Shown here: one piece after another, positions 50,553 through 62,122 of the stretch
Position numbering within the stretch: position 1 is the stretch's first letter
How the letters are laid out: each line of letters starts with the position of its first letter
Assembly: GCF_003704095.1 (NCBI RefSeq)
Contig: NW_020844494.1
Location: 682,001-746,000 of the forward strand
Reading direction: 5' to 3'
DNA length: 64,000 nt
Origin: Pocillopora damicornis
Lineage: Eukaryota
The notes under the pieces: model-generated
The model's input: the letters and a program-made list of their open reading frames with translations, nothing else
The model's database searches: none
What the model was told of the DNA's origin: nothing
Position numbers and translations under genes: made by a program

Positions 50553-53500
50553 CTAATTTGTCTTTAAGAAACCTGAAATATCAGCCTCAATACAAGCCCC
50601 ATAGCCTTCACGATGGTACAAGCTAAACATCTCGGGTGTAAAGAACTGATTAGCGGTGATGTGATGAGGAAATGACCCTTGCAGAAGGTTAGACATGTAC
50701 TGGCAGCTCTTTCTATGGCAACACAAACAGCAGCAACCTGTCAGTCTGTCAGCTTCGTGTTCAGTAATCTCAGGACTTCTTCCCCATTTCCCTTGGTCTG
50801 GATCTCCCAGCTTGATATCAGAATTTTCCCACGATTTTGGTTTCTGGGTGACAATTCTCGCAAGAGGTATGCTTTCAGATGGGTGTCTGGGAGCAATGAA
50901 GAGTATTTCTCCCTCTCCTGTTTTGTTGTCATCCTCATCATAATACTGGACTCGGAATTGGTAGCTCCGTGGCCTTTGTTGTGAATTAATCTTCAAAAAG
51001 TTAACTCTAATATCTTCCTCAATATCTCTCCCATTCACTCCAGTAAATGAGCAGTGTAATTTCTGCCTCGCCATTCTCAGAGCAGTAAGGAGAGAATCGG
51101 CGTATTTATGACCACCAGGGTTACAAGAGCCATCAAGTATCACAATTTTCTCCAGTTTTCTGTCAAGTAGTGGAAGTAAGGCCAGGTTTTCAAAGTGACC
51201 TCCATCGCTGAGTCGCAGTACTGGCGGAGGATTAAGTCCAACGTTATTTATGTTTAGAAACCCACGAAGGAAGCGAACGTAGAAAATGTGAGTAACACAC
51301 CATCTGAAAGAGAAAATATAATGAATCATGGTCATTTGGAACGGCAAAAAACATAAATGAAAGCATTATTTTGGCAAAATCAAATAGAATGAAGCCGCTG
51401 ATTCCACAGTATAAGGAAGCGTAAAAGTTAACTCTATCTCACTTGTGGTACACAAAACTAAAGAAGCAGTGACATCCAGCACTATCAGAGGATGCAGATT
51501 TTGTGATCTGTTTGGTGCAGCTGTGTTTGATACATGCTGATAGCATTAATGACGATGGTGCTCATTCTATCTATTAGTAAATAAATGATGGAGTTATTCA
51601 TCATAATACTGTCACAGTCATGGAAATAGTAATCTAGATGGCCGTCCGTGTTGGCCAACATAATGATGATGACACTGATGGTGAAGTGATAGATGGTGCT
51701 CTCGGTGGTAGTAAAACAGTTTTAGAAAAGCACCTGACTAAGCGCTGAATTTTTCCCGGTTGAGTCGACCCAGTATTGAGCGCAGCCAAACTTGCAAGTG
51801 CTACAACTACGGCGATGTGTAGGAGTACTAAGAGCACCACACAGTCTTTGCTATTTCCAAGCCAGTAGACAAAGGGTAAGGCCATCAGTGGAAAAAAGCA
51901 GGCAATTTCAACCAAGATTGGTGTCACGTACTGAGGAGAACAAAACATTACTTGTTAGGATTGAGTGTTAGCTCCTTTTGCATAAGGTCTTAAAAGTATG
52001 CTATGGTACCCAGGATAGATTCATTAGTGTCATATGAGGCATAATAAGGTCTTGAATATTTCCTGTAAAGAGCTAAATATTAGAAGGGTGAGCAACCGAG
52101 GTTCAAACGCTGAAGTAGGAAACCTTCCTCATTACGTTAAGATCGCGTATATACAAAAAGTTTAGCTAAGTTGTCTCCTTCCCCTTTGGTCTGAAAACAC
52201 GACACAATTTCGTTGAAGTTATGCACACACCTTTTCACTGCAACTTAATTCCTCTTCAGAATGTTCGCCATACACCAGTTCATCTCCTAAACTTATTCCT
52301 ATCAAAGTGAACAAGTCAGAGACCATATCAAGGCCATTCTGAAAATCGTCTCCCATATCAAAGCTGACAGCAGCTCCAGATAAGGTCATTGCAACAGATA
52401 ACTTCATGAGGCGAGAATGAGGACAAGCAGCAAACGTATGTGCAGCAATCCCTGTATTTTCTGTATCGTTGCCGATAAGTTTCGCTCCATCTGTTGAGAA
52501 TGCCATCAATTGGTGACGTGAACCGGCACCATTACCAATTTGCCAATCGTTAACTGTGATATTACTGATGAAAGTGGGTGAAAGACCCTCCAAGTCCTGA
52601 AGCGACAGCTCATCTTCCATCTCACAAGGACAAACCCTCTGGAACTCGTTTCGTTTGATGTACTTTTGGATACTTTTGATTGGCTCCACACACCAAGGAA
52701 AGACATCTCCATGCCTAAGTTTTCCTCCGTACCTAAAGAAGGCGTTGGACAAACGATACCTAAAACGGGAGACACCTATATTAAGTTATCTGACCAATTT
52801 TCTTTCCAGAGATAAAGGAAGAAGAATGAAGTCTCTTACAACTGCTAATACTGAGAAAATGAGACAGAATTCTAGTTACTTCAACCAGGTTTGAAGAACT
52901 ATGAGTTAAATTTATTCTTTCGTTTCTTCGAGCTTATGATATTTAATTCCGTCATGCCAATTTTCTTTTAGTGAACCACGAAAGGAATCGAATATAACCG
53001 GTAAGAGTTCACGATTATTTACGTATCACAAACCTGTAGTATACATGGAACAGAGACTGCTGTAGAGATCTAATGTATGGAAAAAATATAAAGGCCAAGG
53101 CACACATCATCAAAGCTGGGTAAAACACTTCATCGGAATATGGTACATTCCCCATCAAATTTATCTTGAAGACCTTCCAGCTCAGGATATAAGTGTACAT
53201 GTAAGAACGCAGGCAAAAACCAGCGCTATTACGGAGAACAGGAATAAATAAAGGAAGCCCGACGCTAAGAGAAAAAATGACAAATCTCATCCACATTTGT
53301 GAGGGCCACAAAAAGTCATGTGCAGCCCAAGGAAAAGCAGTAAAGGCAAATATCAATCCACTGAGTGTTGATAGGAGTCTAAGGGGGCCTTTGTAAAGAG
53401 CCAGGCCTTCCTTTTTCGACAACACATAACACACAAACGAAACTACTGCTGTTGTTGTAAACAGTAACACCCGTCTGACAGGTGGATGACAGCCATCAAA

Positions 53501-54792
53501 CAGTTCCAGCATCAGCACCGAAGACCAGGCATCCGGATGTTGGAGGGAGTGCAAGGAAGTACAGTTCTCCCGTAAAACGTCACCAAAGAAACAATCCACA
53601 GCTACGGCAACAGGAAGTGCATAAGGCAGCCACATCATGCATGGCAAAATGCACGTCACAAGTAGCCCGATTTGTATAAGTAGCAGGGATTGAAAAATTC
53701 CTAGAATGGGATTTTGCCAGTTGCATAAGTACCCAGAATTGGCTCGCATGTGTTCAAAGAACTCCTTGTGCCACTCCTTGGTGTTATTTTTGGAGCCATG
53801 GCGAAATTTCCAATCCATAAAAGCAGCACCAGTGTAACCTCCCCCGGAAACACAGCTCAGATTTTCAAACGGGACGTCATCTTGTAACAATTTGCGCAAA
53901 GCACCGGAACAAAAGGCAGCCGAGCGGATACCTCCCCCAGAAAACGCGACCCCCGTGCTACTCTTCATCGTTCCATTGGCAGATCCACACTTGTTGATCG
54001 ATGCTGTATTTAGATCACTGCCCTGATGAAAGATCCTTGGCTGAATACCACGAAGAGTGTTGGGGCAGTGCACCCTCACTGGCGGAACCTCGCTGAGTGG
54101 AATAATAATTTCTCCAACAGTTCGGGAAGTGCTCTGCGGTGCAGCATTAACGTCCATCTGTAAAAAATGTTTATGAGAGCTGCGTCATACTTTTTTTGCC
54201 ATTTCCCATTTTTGTACCGAATCTGTTTTACTCAGCCTTGAATAATCTGATTCCTTCTCTGTTTCTTCCTACATAATTGGTGTTTGTCTTTCAAAGGAAA
54301 CTACTATTTTAAGGTTTCCTCATTATTTGACGTTTCTATGAAATTAAAAATGACCAAACTATCCCAACCTAAAGTAGCTTCCGAAAAGTATACTAAAGGG
54401 ACATCTCAACTAAGTCTAATTCTAATTTTATTCCTTAGCATTTTTTCCCTCCAATCTTAGGTGTCAAGCAATGCCCACTTGAAAGGAGAGATGTGCGTTG
54501 TGTGAGATCCTAAAAGGGACTAGACTTTCTCAAAGTAGAAGAAAACCAATATTTTGGGTTTAATTATGCAATAGAAGACATGAAAAAGCCTTTTTTCATT
54601 TCGTTTTTTTTTTCCACAGTAAAAGCACAACCCCCATAAAGCTTTGTCTGTTTTATCAGGTGGCCTAATTGTCACGCAAATTCTTTTGCTTCTGTTGCGT
54701 GACAAGAAAAGAACTATGGTCGAAGGCATAACATACAACATATATCCCACCCGAACTTAATACACCCACCCTACCTGACCAATCTCGGCCAT
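50553..54792 (-). CDS. Multi-pass membrane patatin/cPLA2-like lipase, 5 coding exons
   Basis: Exons 54792-54775 (MAEIGQ), 54157-53034, 52759-52231, 51930-51734, 51303-50553, all GT-AG and in phase. Oxyanion motif FSGGGIRSA, nucleophile SCVSGGGY, catalytic Asp in LSDGGHFENL, with several TM segments between. Confidence 0.85.
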
Positions 54793-55334
54793 TTACTCGA
54801 TTCTTTCAGTGTTACGATCTCTTTGTTCTGAAAAAGAAACCAGATTAAAATAACAACGACAATAAGAAGATGCTGTAGGCTAAAACGTTTTGTCTGATGA
54901 TGAAGACCACGTATTTTGTGAGAGAACCTAATAATTGTAAAAAGAAAAAGGGCAAGTTTTAAAGAATATTATAACATTGACTTCAGATCGATTTAACAGT
55001 CTCTTATTATTCTGGGTCGCTTTCATAAATTCGCTACTATTCGTGGATCTGAGAACATTCGAANNNNNNNNNNNNNNNNNNNNNNNNNNNNNNNNNNNNN
55101 NNNNNNNNNNNNNNNNNNNNNNNNNNNNNNNNNNNNNNNNNNNNNNNNNNNNNNNNNNNNNNNTCTGGGTCGCTTTCATAAATTCGCTACTATTCGTGGA
55201 TCTGAGAACATTCGAAAACAAATCGATTATTTTTCACGCGCCCGAACGAGTCATATCACAGTTTTATCAATTGCGCCTTTGTTGGTTCGCAATATAATAC
55301 TGTTCAATATTTTTTCACACGAGTCGAACCTCAC

Positions 55335-55630
55335 GAAAATTTAAAAGCGTATTTCAGATGAAAATACAACATTTCAGGCGACGGAAGGTCAATTCTAACG
55401 ATGAATTTTTATACATTTGAATTAGACCCTGTCTACTGTCAACTGTTTCCAAAATGAATTCATGAGTCAAATCTGTCAATCGAAAATTTAAAAGCGTATT
55501 TTTTAAGATGAAACTAAAGCATTTCAGGCAACGAAGGTGATTTCTAAGAATGTAATTTTATACATTTGAATTAGACTCTGTCTACTGCCAACTGTTTCCA
55601 TAATAAATTCATGAGTCGAATCTGTCAATC
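55335..55630 (+). repeat. Tandem duplication of a ~147-bp unit
   Basis: 55335-55481 and 55482-55630 both run GAAAATTTAAAAGCGTATTT...AATCTGTCAATC, with scattered substitutions. Confidence 0.85.
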
Positions 55631-57106
55631 TTTCACTTGCACGTTCTGTCGCTACGTGAAAGGCTTGAAATTTACCATTCTGGCTGAAAAGAATATGTAC
55701 TAACCTTCACAGCGTAAGTGGGATGCTGCCATTTTAAATATAAAATAGTAAACAATTATCTTTCTTTTGTATATATATAAAATTTCCTCGGATGCGGAGA
55801 CTGAATTACAATCAGCGAAACTAATGAAATGCGAATAACTAGTCAGAAATTTGAATACAGGGTAACACGTGCTCAAAGATTCCTCTGTAGTAGCTTGTAC
55901 AGCTTCAACTTTCGCCTTACGAGAGACAACAAAACAAACACTCCAGGAAATTGTTGATTGCAAACAGAGAGAAATTCATCATCGATGACCTATAAAAGAA
56001 GCCGTTTGTAACCAGCCCTTGGGCAAACAGTAAATTATATCATGACAAAACATCACCTACGTGGCATTTCAGGTGAATTATGATTCCTTATGAACAGTTC
56101 ATATCGACATTTCCCTGTGTAGTGCCGACTACTTCATTTTGCACTCAAAAGGCTTCGGTGTAAATGATCGCCTTTTCAGAGAGGAAAACCGTCAATCACT
56201 TGACCACGTTTTTGGCACTCATCCATGAAGACTTGCTGTGTTATATGTCACGCAATCTCGTGTTCAAATGACCCCCTTTGGTATGAAAGATATGTGTTTG
56301 AACTTGGTTGGCTTAAAAAGGGGCGAAATATAGACAAAACAAATAATTCCTAATTTATCCATGATCAAAAAGTAACATCGCAAGTCTATTTCGTGGCGTT
56401 GATAGGGACAGCTCATAACTGTTTTGAATTCATTTGCATTGCGTGGTTGCATGTCTCTTTGCAGCCGATTGTTGGGTATTTCCGATCAAACCGAAGAAAA
56501 CATCCCCTACTGATCAATAATGATACTGTGTATAATCATACCCCTCCAAACGTTTGTAATATAAAAACACGTACTCAAAGTTTTTGAAAACTTCCCTACA
56601 GGTCGTCTATACATCACTTATTGCTTTTCTTTCGCCGACTTGCATCAGTGAAAGATCGCCAGAGTAAACTGTTATCAATTGTGTATATTTTTAATTAGTC
56701 TCTTTTTTTATAGCAACCTTTCATATGAATATTGCGGCTCAACCTGGCTAAAACAGTTTGATAAAAGCAAATTCTAACGCGGAATAAAATCACACATTGC
56801 TTTCGAATAAATTTCACTGTCATCGTCACCAATGTCTTTAGTAATTTTGTATTAAACTAATTTTAAAATGCTTTGCCATCCTTGAATATTTCTTAAACGG
56901 ATGGCTAGGTAAAAAAATATGACTGATAAACATAAAGTAAGCGTTCAAACTGGACATCTGGGCTATACGTAGATTCTCTCACAAACCGATGATTTTAAAA
57001 GCGTTTTATGAAGTTTCTCATAGCTCAAAGGCAATTAGATGCTTTCCATCAAGATAACGTTCCAATGGCTTCATTACGAGTAATGTATTCCGTTAGTTAT
57101 GTCTCG

Positions 57107-59015
57107 TTACGTTTCGTCTTTGAAGAAGCTCTCCATGTCAGCTTCAATACAAGCTGCATAGCCTTCCCAGTGATACGCACTGAACATTTCAGGGGTAAAG
57201 AACTGGTTGGCAGTTATGTGATGAGGAAATCTTCCCAAAAAAGCATCTGAGATGCAGTGGGAGCTGCCATAATAATGACAACAAACACAAAAGTAACATG
57301 TCAATCTGCCTACTTCACGTTCTGTCAGTTCGGGACTTGGTCCCCAATCGTTGTCGTCGAGTTCGATATCCCAAGGTATTCGTCTGCTCACCTCTTGGGT
57401 CACAGGCATTTCCTCCAATGGATCATAGCCGTCCATAGCTTTTGGTCGCTTGTCGATTGTTATCAGTGGCATGCTCTCAGATGGGTGTCTGGGTGCCATA
57501 AACAGTATTTATCCTTCCTTCCCTGTGTTGTTGTCTCCTTCGTCGTAGTAACAGACTCGAAACCTGTAGCAACGTAGTCTTTTCTTTAAATGCTGTCATT
57601 TAACTTAGTTCAGCACCACATTTTCTTCTTAGCTTCTCACCTTGGAAGAGAGAAGCAAGGAAAAAGCGCAAAGTATGGTAAGTAAGATTTCAGCGGACTG
57701 AATTTTGTTTAATTGTGGGTGTGTGTACAAGTACACTGTATGAAGATACATTGAATGCAAAACTTTACACAGTCTACGGCTTCCATTGTCTGGTATAATG
57801 ATCAATCGCTGACCGCAGATACTTTGTATCATAGCTGATTGGACATGTTGTGCAAAAAAAATTAATACAAACCTGTAGTAGACGTTGAATGCAGACTGGT
57901 GAAGAGGACCAATCAACGGGAATAAGATAACAGTGATGGCACAACCAAACAGGATTGGATAGAAAAGTTCATCAGAGTATGGAACTGCTCCCATGAACTC
58001 TGTTTTGAACACTCGCCAGCTCACAATGTGAATGTATCAGTAGAACACAAGAAATACGCTGGCATAGTTACGAATCACTGGGATCAAGAATGGAAGTACT
58101 ATACAGATTATGATTATGAAGGCTTGAATCCATGTATTTCATGGCCACAAGTCATGAATGAGAAATGGAAACAGAGTAAACAGAAATATTACGAAACTGA
58201 TCATTGAGAGCAATCGTAAGAAACCTTTTAATTTATGGAAACGTTTTTTTCTTGAAAGAAAGTAGGACAAGACGGAAAAAAATTAATGTTGTTATAATGA
58301 GGGTCGTGCGTCTACCCGGAGATTGGCAATTTTCATAGAGCATCAGCATTAAGGATGAAGTCCGTGATGTCTTGGTATCTGTGCAAGCATGCGCATTTGG
58401 GGGACATTTGGCATTCTGACGTAAGATTTCACCAAAGAGTAAGTCTACTGCCACGGCAATTGGAGATGCGTATGGCAACCATAAGACACACGGCAATATG
58501 AACACAACAGTGACCAAGAGAACTACGAACACTGCTGAATGCAAAAGACCTGAAAAGGGAAATTGCCAGTCGCACATGTAGCTAGCGTTTTGTCGCATGG
58601 TGTCAAAGAATTCGTCATGTCATTTGCTATCATCACTATTATGCCCATTACGCTTTTGCCTTTCCTTCCATTCAACAAAGGCTGCCCCTGTGTAACCACC
58701 CCCGGAAACACAGCTCAAGTAGTCTGGAAGAACATTTTCTAACAACATTCTACTCAATGCACCAGAACAAAACGCAGCAGATCGAATGCCTCCCTCGGAA
58801 AATGCGACCCCGGCAGATCTTCCAGAGCGGCTAGCTGTTGATCCACTGATTTGCTGAGATTCTTGTTTGGCCCTAACAGTGCGTTGATCATAGAAATCCG
58901 AAAGGCATTCCACCGTGCCACTGGGTGTGCTGGAGGATGATGGCCTCTTTGAAGGTATGTGTGAGGAATCAGGAATGACAACAATATCCTCAGGACCTGC
59001 TTGTGTTTCTGCCAT
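57107..59015 (-). pseudogene. Disabled tandem paralogue of the membrane patatin/cPLA2-like lipase
   Basis: Collinear homology (GVAFSEGGIRSAAFCSGAL, LSCVSGGGYTG, APRHPSES, FPHHITANQFFTPEMFS). Stops at 58620-22, 58139-41, 58037-39 and 57509-11; +1 frameshift in the A7 run 58276-82; exons 3-4 and the DGG part of exon 5 are missing. Confidence 0.88.
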
Positions 59016-59297
59016 CTCTGTCAAAAAGGAAATTTATTTCAATACAACTCTTACGCAGACGTTCCACACTAGAACTAGAATTGTACTGGAAAAAACTCTA
59101 AGCTGATTGTTATACAAAGAACAAAACAACACATTTCTGACGTATCAGATGACCAATACAAGACCAACAGAACAACAAACAAAGGTAAACAGAAAGCACT
59201 ACTTAATTTAATCTGACAACGTAAAAGTTTTTACAATTATGTTTCATCGCAAGAGTACGGATCCCAGGTACTGCCATCTCTTATTTCTCATCAACTC

Positions 59298-59800
59298 TTT
59301 TTTTTTCACGACTTCAACTTTTTTTCATAACTTCAACTTTTTTTCACGACTTCAACATACTGGCACGACTTCAACCTTTTTTCACGACTTAGACTTTCCA
59401 GCACGACTTAAACGTATTTTTCACGACTTCAACATTCCGGCACGACTGTTGTTATTCAACAGTACTTACAAATGTTTACCTTAAGATTGAATGTCATCTT
59501 GTTCAAATTCTATGGGCAATAGGCTTCGGTGGAGACGTTAACAGTCAAATTGTTTAGCAGCGGTGACCCGCAGCGTTGATTCTTTTGTTGAGTCTTCTGG
59601 TGGAAAAAGTTAAAGGTCGTGCCGTGAAAAAGTTGTGCCAGAAAAAGTCGCGCTGGAAAATTAAAATCGAGGTCGTTCAGGAAACTTAAAGTTGTGAAAA
59701 AAAGCTTGAGTCATGAAAAGAAGTTGAAGTCACGCAGGAAAGTTGAAGTCGTGTCGAAAAAGTTTAAGTCGTGCGGGAAAGTTGAAGTCGTGAAAAAAAA
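59298..59800. mobile_element. Foldback/MITE-like element with inverted arrays of CACGACTTCAAC
   Basis: TTTTTCACGACTTCAAC-type units at 59298-59447 face reverse-complement GTTGAAGTCGTG units at ~59608-59800. Confidence 0.6.
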
Positions 59801-59974
59801 GCGGTCTCATATAAATTCAGTCCTGACGATTTCATTGTCTTTTGAGGAACAAGATTTTAAGCTCTTTTTAAAACTTTAAGAGGTTAGAGCAGGAATTGTT
59901 CGGTCATCCCGCACAATAACATAACACCTTGATTGCTGTATAAATTCATCAGAGTATGACTGTGAAATGTTTTT

Positions 59975-60771
59975 TGACAGTTTTCCCTGGTTCGAGAGTG
60001 TCTTTTAAACTCACTAACTTCGGTTTTTAGAATTCAAAGAACTCTACTGAAGCGAATAATCCTAACGGCATTGAGTAAACTTAGTGGAAATCGAGACTAT
60101 AAACTACAACTTTAAGATTCAGTTGTTCACTTCTTTCAAATTCTTGTTTGGTTATTTGTAACCCTTTCCCAAACGTCACTACACTTATTGTACGTCTTCA
60201 ATTGCGATAAATAAAATTTCAACGATGCACAACCCACAACAAACTTATTGGTTTACTCAATCAAATATTGCAGGTACTTTTTGTCCGTGCCCTGAGTCAC
60301 GCTACACTCCTAAAAATAGCACACCATTACAATAACATTGAATATTTGAGAATGACAGGCTGCACTCGAATTATTTTGTGACAGTTTTCCCTGGTTCGAG
60401 AGTGTCTTCTAAACTCACTAACTTCATTTTTTAGAATTCAAAGAACTCTACTGAAGCGAATAATCCTAACAGCATTGAGTAAACTTAGTGGAAATCGAGA
60501 CTATACACTGCAACTTTAAGATTCAGTTGTTCACTTCTTTTAAATTCTTGTTTGGCTATTTGTAACCCTTTCCAAAACGTCACTACACTTATTGTATGTC
60601 TTGAATTGCGATAAATAAAGTTTTAACGATGCACAATCCATAACAAACTTATTATTTTACTCAATCAAATATTGTAGGTACTTTTTCCCATGCCCTGAGC
60701 CACGCTACACTTCTAAAAACAGCACACCATTACAATAACATTGAATATTTGAAAATGACAGGCTGCACTCG
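59975..60771 (+). repeat. Tandem duplication of a ~394-bp unit
   Basis: 59975-60368 and 60379-60771 align end to end (TGACAGTTTTCCCTGG...GACAGGCTGCACTCG) with scattered substitutions. Confidence 0.9.
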
Positions 60772-61796
60772 TGCAGCTCTGCATGAAATTTACTGCCCCG
60801 CAAGGCGATATTCTTAGTGGGCATGTATTGGCAACGCGGAGTTTCAGTAAAAACATTAAACACAGTGAATTATCTGTGGCTTTAACACCGTCTTAGATAT
60901 TTGTTCCAGGTTGTACTTCGTGAACGTTTACATGTTTAAATCACTGACTAAAAGAAATGTTCACACAACTAAGGCAATTACGATTATGGAGGGAATCAAT
61001 CGTCAATAGTCTTAGCAATTGCTTAATATTCTCTAATTTACATATCAGGATGTTTGTTTCTGCTACAGATATTTCTACCTCAATGGATTTATGTCCAAGA
61101 CTATACAAAGTTACGGAGGATTGGTCAGTTGTCGTTACAAGTAAAAGAGTTAAGTGAAACGTTTATTGGAAAAACTGTTATAAATTTTACCAGTGCATAC
61201 TTCTACAGTTTTCAGAGCTTTACAGTGACAGAACTGGCAATATACTTTGAATCGCTAACAAACCAAAATCGTTCGAAGTACAAACGATGGGAACGCATAT
61301 CAACACATTATAAATATTGTAGGTACATTAAACTACTCAAAACAAATTTATAAGTTGACGTACTGTTGGGAAAATTGTAACGTACCTTAATTTAAATGGT
61401 CTTTCAGGCACGCAGACAAGAAACTGTTTTATCAAGTTCACGTGTTCCTCGATATGTTCAACAGTTTAAAGGTGAAGAAGGAATGATCGAGAACTGAATC
61501 AAACCTATTGTGTGAACGTGACCTATTGTGCGTGACATATAGGACTGGGGCTAGGCATGAGTAGTCAGTGAAGCATATCGACGAAAAGACTTATTAAGGC
61601 AATTTAAGTTTGCCTGATGGAAAAGAGAAAACAGCAATTTTACCTTTTTCTGTGGAAATATAATGTGTAACAACGTCACCCACCCGAGTGAAATATCAAG
61701 TTGCATCATGAAAATATTAAAGACCAGTGAACGCCTGAAAACCATTTTAATGGAACTTATGTTTACATTTGATGATAATTTAGAGTAAAAAATATA

Positions 61797-62012
61797 TTTA
61801 GAGGGTAAGTTTCTAAAGAAACTGTGGTGCTACGTCGGTGAGAGAGTATATCAGGGTAATTTGGTATTATCAACTGAGTTGATCACGTTAATTAGCTCTG
61901 ACGTTTCGAGCGTTAGCCCTTCGTCAGAACGATCGATGAAGGGCTAACGCTCGAAACGTTAGCTTTTAAACTCTTTACGGTGGCCAATTTAAATTATCAA
62001 CCCAAATTACCC
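61797..62012. mobile_element. Penelope-like element terminal remnant: imperfect palindrome with minimal hammerhead motif
   Basis: Inner inverted repeat GACGTTTCGAGCGTTAGCCCTTCGTC / GATGAAGGGCTAACGCTCGAAACGTT; outer GGGTAATTTGG / CCAAATTACCC. Minus strand 61928-61896 reads CUGACGA-A-GGGC(UAAC)GCUC-GAAA-CGUC. Confidence 0.75.
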
Positions 62013-62122
62013 ATAATATATTTCTTTTAAAAACAACTATTGTTTTCCTTAGTTTAAAAATTTACTTAACAATTAGAATCATTTGTGTGAAATAATGCTT
62101 TTATTTCCTATTTAAAAATTCA

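Noticed and set aside
54992-55215. Direct repeat around an N gap
   Set aside because: Contig-overlap artefact.
58037-58622. Several in-frame TGA codons suggesting selenocysteine or recoding
   Set aside because: They align to non-Cys residues in the paralogue and co-occur with a TAA, a frameshift and a large deletion, so ordinary pseudogenisation fits better.
59298-59447. CRISPR-like repeat array
   Set aside because: Eukaryotic context, no unique regular spacers and no cas genes.
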